DNA of 64,000 nt, from positions 81,835-145,834 of the forward strand of contig CAWKGZ010000010.1 of assembly GCA_963849335.1 (NCBI GenBank). The letters are read 5' to 3'. Below are positions 41,371 to 51,522 of the stretch, one piece after another. This stretch comes from an uncultured Chloroflexia bacterium. Its GTDB lineage: Bacteria; Chloroflexota; Anaerolineae; Anaerolineales; UBA4823. The translations under genes and the position numbers were made by a program. The notes beneath the pieces were generated by a model, which did no database searches, was not told the origin of the DNA, and was given only the letters and a program-made list of their open reading frames with translations. The number at the start of each line of letters is the position of its first letter. Within the stretch, counting starts at the first letter, position 1.

Positions 41371-42129
41371 ATGTATCAGGAATTACCCCGACCAACTATT
41401 TTCGCCCACCGGGGGTCTAAAGCTCACGCCCCTGAAAATACCCTGGCAGCGTTTACACTGGCTGTTAACCAGGGTGCACCTGCCATTGAGCTGGATGCTA
41501 AACTAACTGCTGATGGTGAGATCGTTGTATTTCATGACCAGAAACTCGACCGCACCACAGATGGCAGCGGTAAGCTGTTAAGTCAACCTCTAGCTGCGCT
41601 GAAGGAACTGGATGCTGGCTCGCATTTCTCAAGCGCTTTCAAAGGTGAAAAAATCCCCACCCTGGCTGAGGTCTTCGAAGCGGTGGGGCGTCAGGTCTTC
41701 ATCAATATTGAACTGACCAACTATGCTTCTCCAAGAGACCAACTCCCCAATATAACAGCGGCATTGGTACGCAAGTTTAGCCTGCAGGAACGAATAATGT
41801 TTTCCTCCTTCAACCACTTCGCCTTGCAGCGTGTCAGCCAGCTTCTACCCGAGGTACCACTTGGTCTCCTGGCATCGCCCGGTATCCTCGGTGTTCCTGC
41901 TCGTTCATGGATTGGCAGAACATGGGTGGCTTACCAGGCATTGCATCCTGCAGTAAGGGACGCAAAGCCCAAGCTGATCCAACAAGCTCACCAACGCGGG
42001 CACCGGGTGCATGTGTACACTGTAAACCAGCGCCAGGATATGCTGCGCCTCTTCAAGCATGGTGTGGATGGCATCTTTACCGATGACCCGCCCCTGGCTT
42101 TCGATGTTCTAAAACAAATGGATAAATGA
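41371..42129 (+). CDS. Glycerophosphodiester phosphodiesterase
   Basis: Motifs AHRG....PENTL, IELD, HD..LDRTT, YTVN and IFTDDP. Confidence 0.92.
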   Translation: MYQELPRPTIFAHRGSKAHAPENTLAAFTLAVNQGAPAIELDAKLTADGEIVVFHDQKLDRTTDGSGKLLSQPLAALKELDAGSHFSSAFKGEKIPTLAEVFEAVGRQVFINIELTNYASPRDQLPNITAALVRKFSLQERIMFSSFNHFALQRVSQLLPEVPLGLLASPGILGVPARSWIGRTWVAYQALHPAVRDAKPKLIQQAHQRGHRVHVYTVNQRQDMLRLFKHGVDGIFTDDPPLAFDVLKQMDK

Positions 42130-43073
42130 GCCTCATCCCTCTTCAATGGATCGAACAGGCTGCCGACCGGATTGCCCCACATATCAAGCACACACCGCTC
42201 AGTTATGATCCTGAGCTGAATATTTATATTAAATGGGAAAATCACCAGGTAACTGGGTCTTTTAAGGCACGTGGGGCGCTGAATAAAGTGCTGTGCCTGC
42301 AGGAATGGGAACGTCAACGAGGCTTAGTGACTGCTTCGGCAGGCAATCATGGCCAGGGTGTTGCCCTGGCAGGCAGCCTGTGCGGTGTACCGGTGATCGT
42401 TTTCGCTTCTGATCATGCAGTGCCCGATAAAATTCGGGCAATGCAGAAATTGGGTGCAGAAGTACGGCAAGTAACCGGGGGTTATGCACAAGCGGAGGCA
42501 ACGGGCATTGCTTATGCACATGGATCCGGCATAACCTGGATATCTCCATACAATGATGGACAGGTCATTGCCGGGCAGGGAACAATTGCATTAGAGCTGC
42601 TGCAAGACCTAGCCCAAAAATCCAATCTCAATTGGATAGTTCCTGCCGGTGGTGGAGGCCTGGTGTGTGGCATTGGGTCCGCAATCAGCGCCTATGAACC
42701 GCGCCCCCGTTTGACTGCGGTTCAGTCAGAAGCGTCTTCTTTCCTGTATGCCATCTTCCACCGCGGTACACAGGACGACGTGGTAGAGTTAGACAGCCTG
42801 GCTGATGGCTTGGCGGGACCGGTTGAAGCCGGCTCAGTCACCATTCCGATGGTCAAACGTTATGTGGATGATTTTCTCCTGGTCAACGAGCATGAAATCG
42901 CTGAAGCAATCGCTTTCGCCTGGAGTCATTACCATGAACGGATTGAAGGTTCGGGCGCCGTATCACTGGCAGCAATCCTCACCGGAAAAGTAGCTGAGCG
43001 CCCGGCTGTTGTTGTAATTACTGGTGGAAACATCCAGCCGGAGGTTCATTCTCAGATCATCACTCAATTCTGA
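42126..43073 (+). CDS. Threonine/serine dehydratase (PLP, fold type II)
   Basis: Motifs K.EN.Q.TGSFKARGA, SAGNHGQG, GQGT, GGGGL and TGGN. Confidence 0.88.
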   Translation: MSLIPLQWIEQAADRIAPHIKHTPLSYDPELNIYIKWENHQVTGSFKARGALNKVLCLQEWERQRGLVTASAGNHGQGVALAGSLCGVPVIVFASDHAVPDKIRAMQKLGAEVRQVTGGYAQAEATGIAYAHGSGITWISPYNDGQVIAGQGTIALELLQDLAQKSNLNWIVPAGGGGLVCGIGSAISAYEPRPRLTAVQSEASSFLYAIFHRGTQDDVVELDSLADGLAGPVEAGSVTIPMVKRYVDDFLLVNEHEIAEAIAFAWSHYHERIEGSGAVSLAAILTGKVAERPAVVVITGGNIQPEVHSQIITQF

Positions 43074-43083
43074 GCAACTGGCT

Positions 43084-43890
43084 ATGGATATCACTCCTGA
43101 TGAAATGATGGTGGTATGCATCTCTCGCCAATTACACGATGGAGATGTGGTTGCCCAGGGTCTGGCGACACCATTGGTAGCAGCAGGTTATTTGCTCGCC
43201 CGCCATACGCATGCACCACATTTGTATTTCGCCTCTGCGATCGGTCAAGGTATTTGTCGACACCCGGCTCCGCTCAGTCTCAGTCAGGTCGAATCGCTCT
43301 GGCTTGACCGGGCGCTGTCAAATATCGGCTTTGCGCGGGCGGCAGCAGAAATCCTGCCATCCCTACGACCGAAAGAGTTCTTCCGCCCAGGCCAGGTTGA
43401 TGCCCATGGAAATATCAACAATATCGCCTTCGGAAAAGATTATCAACACCCCCGGCTGCGTATGCCCGGTACCGGCGGCATCCCCGACGTAACCACCTTT
43501 TTAAATGATATCTACCTGTATGTTCCCCGGCATTCCAGAGTTACCTTCGTTTCCCGGCTTGACTTCTGTGCTGGCCTCGGGCATAATGAGGCTCGAATCC
43601 AGGGGAAAGGTCCCGCGTATCTGATTTCCGACCTGGGTCAGTTCGATTTTGAAAACGGTGAAATGCGCCTGGTCAGCTATCACCCCGGCTGCAACATCGC
43701 TGAGATACAAAACCATACCGGGTTCCCATTGACAATAGCGCCACATGTTATGGAAACCCAGGCTCCCACAGCCGAAGAAATCGCTATCCTGCGCAATGAG
43801 ATCGATCCAGCTGGGATACGCAGGTTGGAAACCCTGAGTGGAGCTGCTCGGCGGGAATTAATCCACACAATCCTGGCTACTGGTGGTTAA
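43084..43890 (+). CDS. Family I CoA-transferase beta-subunit-like protein (GctB/IpdB-like)
   Basis: Motifs EMM....RQLHDG, GQVDAHGNIN, RLRMPGTGG, SDLGQFDF and HPG...TGF. Confidence 0.75.
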   Translation: MDITPDEMMVVCISRQLHDGDVVAQGLATPLVAAGYLLARHTHAPHLYFASAIGQGICRHPAPLSLSQVESLWLDRALSNIGFARAAAEILPSLRPKEFFRPGQVDAHGNINNIAFGKDYQHPRLRMPGTGGIPDVTTFLNDIYLYVPRHSRVTFVSRLDFCAGLGHNEARIQGKGPAYLISDLGQFDFENGEMRLVSYHPGCNIAEIQNHTGFPLTIAPHVMETQAPTAEEIAILRNEIDPAGIRRLETLSGAARRELIHTILATGG

Positions 43891-43905
43891 GTACGATTAA
43901 AGATT

Positions 43906-46722
43906 ATGCGAACCAATCGCTTCTACCGCCCCATCATCCTCTTTCTGGTTATCGGCCTGCTTTTCCCAATGACCCTTGGGGAGGCTGCACCAATAAAGCC
44001 AGTACATACCTCCGCTGGCCTTGCGCAGGCACTGCTTGAACGCTTAACCCCGGAAGAGAAGGTGGGGCAGCTCTTTCTGATCACCTTCACCGGACCGGAG
44101 GCAGGAGCCAGTTCGTCTGCCAGCGGCTTGATATATGATCTGATTGTCAATCATCATATCGGCGGGGTGGTGCTGGAAGCAGATAACAACAATTTCATGG
44201 GGCAAGACCAAACGATCCCTACCCTGGTCAGTCTGACAGATCAGATCCAGCGTAATGAATACAATGCATCCCTGCTGCCTCAAGAGAATCCGGTTACCAA
44301 TGAGCAATTCACTCCCGCCTTTATCCCTTTATTCATTGCTATCAGCCAGGATGGAGATGGCTATCCATATGATCAATTGCTCAGCGGTCTGACCCCGCTG
44401 CCCAGCCAGATGGCACTGGGGGCCACCTGGAATCCCGAATTAGCGCGCCAGGTAGGCAATGTCCTTGGCAGTGAACTGTCAACCCTCGGAATCAATATGC
44501 TGCTGGGTCCTTCGTTGGACGTGTTGGAGTCGTCCTATTCGGAAAGGGGTGGTGATCTGAGTATTCGCTCCTTCGGTGGCGATCCATTCTGGGTCGGTGA
44601 GATGGGTCAGGCATTTATCACCGGTCTACACCAGGGCAGCAACGAGTTGGCAGTCATCGCCAAACACTTTCCTGGTTTCGGCGGATCGGACCGGTTACCG
44701 GAGGATGAAGTTGCAACGGTCCGCAGCTCTTTGGAACAATTAAAACAGATAGAACTGGCACCATTTTTTGCCGTTACCGGCAATGCCCCATCTTCTGAAG
44801 CGACAACCGATGGTTTATTGGTCTCTCACATCCGCTACCAGGGTTTCCAGGGGAATATCCGCGCCACCACCCGCCCCGTCAGTTTCGATACCCAGGCACT
44901 CACTCAATTATTAGCACTGCCCCAGTTTACCAGTTGGCGCCAGGCAGGAGGAATCACAGTCAGTGACGACCTGGGTAGCCGGGCAGTGCGGCGATTTTAT
45001 GATCCTACCGGCCAAACATTCAATGGATTGTTCGTCGCCAGGGATGCTTTCCTGGCTGGCAATGATATGCTCTATCTGGGCAACTTCCTCTCAAGTAGCG
45101 ATGAAGATAGCTACACATCCATCATTCGGACCCTGGCCTTTTTTGCCCAGAAATACCGGGAAGATGCTGCCTTTGCAGAACGGGTCGACAATTCTGTGGG
45201 GCGAATTCTCACCTTAAAATATCGGTTATATGATGATGCTTTCTCCGTTACCGAGACCTTACCCAATTATAATGCTCTCAATACCCTCGGACAGGCAGAG
45301 GAGGTTACCTTCGAAGTTGCCCGCCAGGCAGCGACCCTGATCAGTCCTCCGGTTGAAGAACTAAATGACACTCTACCCTCACCACCCGAAAGAAATGATA
45401 ATATCGTCTTTGTCACCGATACCCGTCTTTATCAGCAGTGTAGTACCTATTGCCGCCAAGAGTACACCATAGAAATTGACAGTCTCGCCAATGCTGTAAT
45501 CCGTTTTTACAGCGGCAGTGGTCAGGTGCTACCCGGCAATCTGACATCCTATGCATTTGAAGACCTCACCGAGATGCTGAACGTTGGCAGCGGTGTGGTG
45601 CAAATTGAAAACGATTTACGTCAGGCTGAATGGATTGTGTTCTTAATGAGTGATGTAAATCCTGGTTTGCCCTCATCTCAGGCATTAAGAATATTTCTGG
45701 ATCAACGTCCTGATCTTCAGCAAAATAAAAATATCATCGTTTTCGCATTGGCTGCGCCATATTATCTGGACACCACGGATATTTCTAAACTTACCGCTTA
45801 TTATGCACTTTATAGTCGCTCAAACACATTTATCGAGGTGGCTGCCCGATTGCTTTTTCGCGAGATTCAACCAAGCGGGGAACTGCCTGTGACGGTTCAG
45901 GGGATCAGTTATGATTTGATTGAAATCACCTCCCCGGATCCGGACCAGATCATACCTCTATCCCTGGACCTGGCTCCCCCAATTCAAACCGCCGCCACAC
46001 CGGAAACCCCCACCCCGCCGGTTGCTTTCCGCATTGGTGACGCAATACCTCTCGTTACTGGATTGATTATAGATCATAATGGGCACCAGGTGCCTGATGG
46101 CACACCAGTAAGATTTATGTTATACAACGAAGGGGAAAGCAATCCGGCCCAAACCTATGAAACTCAGACCATGGATGGCATTGCCCATGGTCAATTGCGG
46201 GTCAGCCAGGACGGTGAATTGACCATCAAGGCTGAGAGTGAGCCTGCGGAACTATCTGAGATCATCACCATCGAGATTGCACCCGAGCAAGGGACGGCAA
46301 CCGAAATTCCGGTAACGCCTGAACCTACCTCAACCGCCAGTCCTACCCTCACCCCCACTGATATCCCTACACTGACGCCCACAATGATCTCGACACCTAT
46401 CGTACCTGTTCAGCCGGCTTCTGTTCACTTTGGCGATTGGCTATTAGCCCTATTTCTGACCAGTGGAGTCGGGGGTATAAATCTTGGACTGGCGAAGCGA
46501 AAACATGGTCTTCGCTGGAGTATCCGCGCCACCTTCTTGACCATCATCGGAGGTTTTCTGGCTTATTCATACCTGGCAGTCGGATTGCCGGGCAGCCAGG
46601 AATTGATTGAGTCGAGAGGATCCTGGGGTGTTTTGGGAACGACCTTCTTAGGAGCGCTGGTCGGCGCGGGATCACTATGGGTGTGGCAACTCTACACTAC
46701 CCATCCGAAAAAGCAACCTTAA
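43906..46722 (+). CDS. Secreted, membrane-anchored glycoside hydrolase family 3-like protein
   Basis: Signal peptide, EEKVGQL, RSFG, KHFPG and SDDL, followed by a Pro/Thr-rich linker and three C-terminal TM helices. Confidence 0.8.
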   Translation: MRTNRFYRPIILFLVIGLLFPMTLGEAAPIKPVHTSAGLAQALLERLTPEEKVGQLFLITFTGPEAGASSSASGLIYDLIVNHHIGGVVLEADNNNFMGQDQTIPTLVSLTDQIQRNEYNASLLPQENPVTNEQFTPAFIPLFIAISQDGDGYPYDQLLSGLTPLPSQMALGATWNPELARQVGNVLGSELSTLGINMLLGPSLDVLESSYSERGGDLSIRSFGGDPFWVGEMGQAFITGLHQGSNELAVIAKHFPGFGGSDRLPEDEVATVRSSLEQLKQIELAPFFAVTGNAPSSEATTDGLLVSHIRYQGFQGNIRATTRPVSFDTQALTQLLALPQFTSWRQAGGITVSDDLGSRAVRRFYDPTGQTFNGLFVARDAFLAGNDMLYLGNFLSSSDEDSYTSIIRTLAFFAQKYREDAAFAERVDNSVGRILTLKYRLYDDAFSVTETLPNYNALNTLGQAEEVTFEVARQAATLISPPVEELNDTLPSPPERNDNIVFVTDTRLYQQCSTYCRQEYTIEIDSLANAVIRFYSGSGQVLPGNLTSYAFEDLTEMLNVGSGVVQIENDLRQAEWIVFLMSDVNPGLPSSQALRIFLDQRPDLQQNKNIIVFALAAPYYLDTTDISKLTAYYALYSRSNTFIEVAARLLFREIQPSGELPVTVQGISYDLIEITSPDPDQIIPLSLDLAPPIQTAATPETPTPPVAFRIGDAIPLVTGLIIDHNGHQVPDGTPVRFMLYNEGESNPAQTYETQTMDGIAHGQLRVSQDGELTIKAESEPAELSEIITIEIAPEQGTATEIPVTPEPTSTASPTLTPTDIPTLTPTMISTPIVPVQPASVHFGDWLLALFLTSGVGGINLGLAKRKHGLRWSIRATFLTIIGGFLAYSYLAVGLPGSQELIESRGSWGVLGTTFLGALVGAGSLWVWQLYTTHPKKQP

Positions 46723-47719
46723 TCCGCCCACTGCAAGATCGTAGTGAAAAAACTAAATAACAGCAATGCTACGGTCACCCACAGCAGGATTTGCTCATGC
46801 TGACCTTGTAAAATTGAGCGAATAGAAACGGTTGGTTTACGCCGAGATCCGGCAGTTGGAGGCGTCCAGTTCCCCAACAGCGCCTGTCGAAAACTATCCA
46901 TATCTTGCGGTCTCTCATCCGGGTGCAGATTCATCGCCCATAAGATCGCACGCTCAATTCGTGAGCTCAGGTTGGGATTTATCTGACGCGGCGGCAGCAG
47001 GTGTTCTGGGTGCAAAAAACGTTCGCGCGCGTCTACTGGCGGTTGGTTGGTCAATAAGTGATAAAGTGTTGCCCCAAAGGCATAAATATCACTGCGGCCA
47101 TCCGTGTGACCGGCATCGCCGCCATATTGTTCCAGAGGGGTATATAAAGCAGTACCGCGTCCCTGAAGGATAGTGATTGTCATTTCATCCGAAGCAAGGA
47201 TCTTCACCAGACCGAAATCCACCAATTTGAGTAAACCCGAAGGGGTCAACTTTAAATTGCTCGGTTTTATATCCCGGTGTAAAATCGGCGGTTTTTGGCT
47301 ATGCAAATAGCTGAGCGCATCAGCAAGCTGTTTAGCCCACGCCATTACTTCATTTTCTGCCAGAAAAGCACCGCTCTGCCGCGCCTCAAGCATCAGGGTA
47401 CGCAAATCTTTACCCGGGACATAATCCATCACCAGGTAGTCTCGTCCACCGATCGAGAAGAAATCGGAGACTTTCGGGAGATTGGGATGATCCAGGCGCG
47501 CGCTAATACCGTTGCTTCGCGGAAGAATTGGTCACGAGCTTGCCGGGCCATATCTGTCGGCAGGGTGCGATCATGCTCCACTTCCTTAAGAGCACATTCC
47601 CGACCTTCGAGCCGAAGGTCATCTGCCAGATAAATACTGCCCATGCCCCCTTGCCCAATAATCCGGCGAATCTTATAGCGACTCCTCAGGACTTCTCCTG
47701 CTTTCAAGGGCGTTGGCAT
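46719..47719 (-). CDS. Hanks-type Ser/Thr protein kinase with a C-terminal TM; apparent +2 (GC) insertion at 47496-47503
   Basis: Motifs [21 protein letters not shown] and SDIYAFG. Removing one GC restores [17 protein letters not shown]. Confidence 0.88.
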
Positions 47720-47828
47720 AGGTTAAAACCGCTGGCGTATGCGGACAGTGATATTATACCGTTTAAGAGCCAGTTGATGGGTTGCAAGTTGTGGTATAGT
47801 TGCATCAGCCAAATGTTGGAGGAAATCT

Positions 47829-48509
47829 ATGGTACGCATTCATGATGATATGCCTACATTGGTTGCCCAGACAGGTCCACTCAATGGACAGCGGTGGAGT
47901 TTACAAAAGAGCATCATGATTGGCCGCGACGAGAGCTGTGACCTGATCATTCCCAGCCGGCAAGTGTCCCGATATCATGCTCGTCTGAACATTTCTGCTG
48001 ATGGGGTTCAACTGGAAGATTTAGCCAGTAAAAATGGGACACATTGCAACGGTCAGGTAATAACAGAGCCGCTGATTTTACAAGATGGCGATATCATCCA
48101 AATCGCACTGGCACAGCAGTTTATTTTCTTAAGCTCTGACGCAACACTCCCTTTGGATATCCCGATTGAGGATATAGCCGAGCCATCACTTGGTAAAAAT
48201 CTTCTTCGCCTGGATAAACGCTCCAGGCGGGTATGGATTGGTAAGGTTGAGCTATTACCCCCATTGTCTGTTTCGCAGTTTCAATTATTGGAATTATTAT
48301 ATGATAATCCCGGCAAGGTTGTGACCCGCGATCAAATGATCCAGGTGATTTGGGGACAGGAAGAAGCAGTAGGTGTTTCTGAACAAGCCCTGGATGCATT
48401 GATCCGCCGGCTGCGCGACCGTCTGGCGGCAGGGAATGCCAAACACCCGTTGCTTATCACCGTCCGAGGTCATGGGCTGAGACTGGATAACCCACTGCAA
48501 CACGAATGA
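47829..48509 (+). CDS. FHA-domain plus OmpR-type winged-helix transcriptional regulator
   Basis: FHA motifs IGR, VSRYHA and DL.SKNGT. The C-terminus carries VVTRDQ..IWG, ALDALIRRLRDRL and ITVRGHG. Confidence 0.85.
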   Translation: MVRIHDDMPTLVAQTGPLNGQRWSLQKSIMIGRDESCDLIIPSRQVSRYHARLNISADGVQLEDLASKNGTHCNGQVITEPLILQDGDIIQIALAQQFIFLSSDATLPLDIPIEDIAEPSLGKNLLRLDKRSRRVWIGKVELLPPLSVSQFQLLELLYDNPGKVVTRDQMIQVIWGQEEAVGVSEQALDALIRRLRDRLAAGNAKHPLLITVRGHGLRLDNPLQHE

Positions 48510-48530
48510 TTCAATTGGTAAAATTATAAA

Positions 48531-48554
48531 GACCTCCCGGCATACCGGGAGGTC
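48531..48554. terminator. Intrinsic terminator between convergent genes
   Basis: GACCTCCCGG-CATA-CCGGGAGGTC 10 bp perfect stem with AT-rich flanks. Confidence 0.75.
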
Positions 48555-48589
48555 CTGCAATTATTTTACAGCTTAATAAACGAAGCGGA

Positions 48590-49927
48590 TTATAAATTCG
48601 CCTGCATGCTTACTTGTAATGCCAATCGATACAGCATCTGGATGCGATCATGCAGTTCGACATCTTCACCATCTTGGGTGCGGGTGACCAACGAAGAAAG
48701 TAGCTCCATAAAATCCGGCGTGACCTCAGATTGGTGATCTTGGAGCATCCTTTTCATACGCTCTTCGTCCGGAGCGTCCAACAGATCCTCGATCAAGGAG
48801 ATTTCTTTCGGGGGCGTACTTGCCTGATTTAAAACCTCTTCGATCTGGTTCAAGCGAGCGATTTTATCCAGATCTGCGTTCTTACGCGCCTGCTCACGTG
48901 CTTCGTTAAACACCTGGATAAAATATTCATCCACTGCCGGTAAGTTGTTCAGGGTGTTTTCCTTAATGTTGGGTGACTGAAGGATCGTGTTCAGCAATGT
49001 CCGAGCGCGGTTGGTGTTGGCTTCAACTTGCTGATCGATCATTTGCGTCATTTCAAGGATCTTCGCCCGCAGCTCAATTAATCGTCCTTGCTCTGCCCCT
49101 TGAGCCTGTTCTATCTTCTGGCTTAACAACTGAAAGAAATTGTAATCCATCCCAGGACGGGTTAAACTGACCATTACACTTAACTGGATATCATTGGGGG
49201 CCTGGAGCACCAGATCCAACAGCTTCTCTCGGGTTAACTCCTTACCAATTTTTTGTATTGCCTGAATCGCCGCTTCAACCTCTTTGCCCTGTTCCTGAAT
49301 TTTTCGCCCGTAAGTGGTGATAGGCAGTAATTTTTTCTGCAATGCACTTAACGTCCCCGTTGAGGCCTGGTCGCCACTGGCGAGGGAGGTCTCGATGAGC
49401 CGGTTCAACAGGTTATAAAACTCACCATCTAGTTGGGCATCCTCAGCCCTGGCAAGCTCAACAATTTGATCATCAGAGCTGTTCACCAGTCTCTGCAATA
49501 ACTCCATGCGGTGCTGCTGGGCCTGGATCATCTCTTTGGTGATGCCATCTGCTTCCAAAATCCGCTCGATCATGGTCTGCATGGTGAACATGGTCTGTGG
49601 TCGCAGTAAATATGCTTTTCGCTTTTCTTGAGGCAGGCTGTTGCTTGCTTTGGTGATTAATGGACCGATGATGCGCTCCTGCTCATTGACGGAAACACCC
49701 ATTTCTGGGGGAAAATAAGTCAACAACATTTCCTTATTGGGATCGTGGTAAACAATGGGCGTTGCTACTGAGCCTTGAAAACCACATGCGGGACAGGCAA
49801 TCACATTGATCGCCCCAGACAAGAAGCGCTGTTTGATCGTTGGATCGCTGCCAACATCAAATAATTGTTCAATATCGGCAATAACCGGCTGGTGGCAATT
49901 GGGACAATTGATTCGAGTTTTAGACAT
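48590..49927 (-). CDS. CpXC-domain protein (N-terminal zinc ribbon plus helical region)
   Basis: CPNC...CPACG followed by YHDP..LL.Y.P. Confidence 0.75.
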   Translation of the reverse strand: MSKTRINCPNCHQPVIADIEQLFDVGSDPTIKQRFLSGAINVIACPACGFQGSVATPIVYHDPNKEMLLTYFPPEMGVSVNEQERIIGPLITKASNSLPQEKRKAYLLRPQTMFTMQTMIERILEADGITKEMIQAQQHRMELLQRLVNSSDDQIVELARAEDAQLDGEFYNLLNRLIETSLASGDQASTGTLSALQKKLLPITTYGRKIQEQGKEVEAAIQAIQKIGKELTREKLLDLVLQAPNDIQLSVMVSLTRPGMDYNFFQLLSQKIEQAQGAEQGRLIELRAKILEMTQMIDQQVEANTNRARTLLNTILQSPNIKENTLNNLPAVDEYFIQVFNEAREQARKNADLDKIARLNQIEEVLNQASTPPKEISLIEDLLDAPDEERMKRMLQDHQSEVTPDFMELLSSLVTRTQDGEDVELHDRIQMLYRLALQVSMQANL

Positions 49928-49968
49928 TTATATCTCCTGAAAAGGGTATGTATAGAAGTAACTGCATC

Positions 49969-51522
49969 TTATTGGCGGGGTAACGAGAAACAAAGACGTG
50001 CGCCTTCCCCTGCATGTGGCTCAACCCATATCCTCCCCCCATGGGCCTCAATCACCGCTCGCGCAAGGTATAAACCCAAACCAGCACCTTTGGTGGTACG
50101 GGTTGCATCCTGGGAACGATAAAAACGATCAAAGATATGAGGCATATCCTCTGGCGCAACCCCCATTCCCTGGTCGGTGATACACACGATCACATGGTCC
50201 GCCCGTACCTGTCCATTTATACGAATCTCACCACCGGATGGGGAATACTTTATGGCATTGGATATTAAATTTGAGAATACTTGAATCAAGCGCTCTTCAT
50301 CACCTACGATAATTGGAAAATCAGCAGTAAATTCTACTAGAATTTTATGCTGAGTTGTCTGGGTCAGAAGTCGCTCCGCCGCCCGCTCAGCCAAAGTTTT
50401 AAGATCAACATCCGATAAGTTGATCTTAATGCCCCCAGCCTGCAAGCGTGATGCATCGAGCAAATTCTCGATTAGGATGGTCAAACGATCTGCTTCTTCC
50501 TCTATAACCTTCAGGCTGTCCTCAACGATCTCACGATCCCAGCTGGCATCCTCTCGGCGCAGTGTGCCTACATATCCTTTGATCAAAGCAACTGGCGTCT
50601 TCAATTCATGGCTGATGACAGAAATGAAGGTGCTTTTAATTTCTTCTGCCTCGCGGAAACGGGTGATATCGCGCACAGAGGCAATAATATTCAATAAGCC
50701 TCCTTCTGCAGAGATCAGCGGCGCATATGTGATCCCAACAGGTAAGGGGATTCCTCCCGGTCGGTTCAGATCTCCCTCCACGTACAAGGTGGCATTGGGT
50801 GTAAGCGGCCAACCGCCTGCCTCGGCCTGCTCCAGGGTCATATTATCGCCATGTCGCAGCAATACGACCACCTCTTCATGTGTCTGGCCGATCAACTTTT
50901 GAGGGGATACACCCAGATAATGGGCAAATGCCGGATTACAGCGTGTGATCACATGTTCAGGAGACAAGATTAATATTCCATCGGCAGCCGAGTCAAGCAG
51001 TGCATCCAGACGTTGTTTTTCCTGGGATATCTGAGTGTATAACCGTGCATTATTCACCGCGACTGCAGCCTGGTCAGCAAAACTCTGCAGCAATGCTCGA
51101 TCATTGGCTGAGAAAACCCCGCGATAATTCCGAAAGATAAAGATCACCCCAATTACATGATCCAGTACGATCAAAGGCAGCCCAACCCCAGTGAGCAAAC
51201 CGGAGCTGACCGTGCGGATAACATCCTGGAGGATTCGATTAATTTCCGGAAGCTCAAACTGCCGCGGGTCAGCATGATCGGGTACATTGGCTAACTGCGG
51301 CTCTAAATAACTGGTTAGAGCAGACGGGATTCCGTATGTAGACGCTACCGTCCACCTCCCCCCCTCGGATCGCAAGGCAATCAGCCCTGCCTGGCCAGCC
51401 AGCATCTCCACTGAAATAACCAGAATGCGTTCGAGGAGCTTTTCCAAATCAAGCTCCTGGGTAAGCGCGCGACTTATTTCAAGCAGATAATCGCGTTGAC
51501 GAACGCGATAATCAGGTAACAT
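49969..51522 (-). CDS. Cytoplasmic GAF-PAS sensor histidine kinase
   Basis: H-box SHELKTP, N-box NLISNAIKYS, D.G.G and GAGLGL. Confidence 0.92.
   Translation of the reverse strand: MLPDYRVRQRDYLLEISRALTQELDLEKLLERILVISVEMLAGQAGLIALRSEGGRWTVASTYGIPSALTSYLEPQLANVPDHADPRQFELPEINRILQDVIRTVSSGLLTGVGLPLIVLDHVIGVIFIFRNYRGVFSANDRALLQSFADQAAVAVNNARLYTQISQEKQRLDALLDSAADGILILSPEHVITRCNPAFAHYLGVSPQKLIGQTHEEVVVLLRHGDNMTLEQAEAGGWPLTPNATLYVEGDLNRPGGIPLPVGITYAPLISAEGGLLNIIASVRDITRFREAEEIKSTFISVISHELKTPVALIKGYVGTLRREDASWDREIVEDSLKVIEEEADRLTILIENLLDASRLQAGGIKINLSDVDLKTLAERAAERLLTQTTQHKILVEFTADFPIIVGDEERLIQVFSNLISNAIKYSPSGGEIRINGQVRADHVIVCITDQGMGVAPEDMPHIFDRFYRSQDATRTTKGAGLGLYLARAVIEAHGGRIWVEPHAGEGARLCFSLPRQ

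Noticed and set aside
46290..46400. Low-complexity repeat-like DNA
   Set aside because: It encodes the Pro/Thr-rich linker of the GH3 protein. It is not a CRISPR array or tandem-repeat element.
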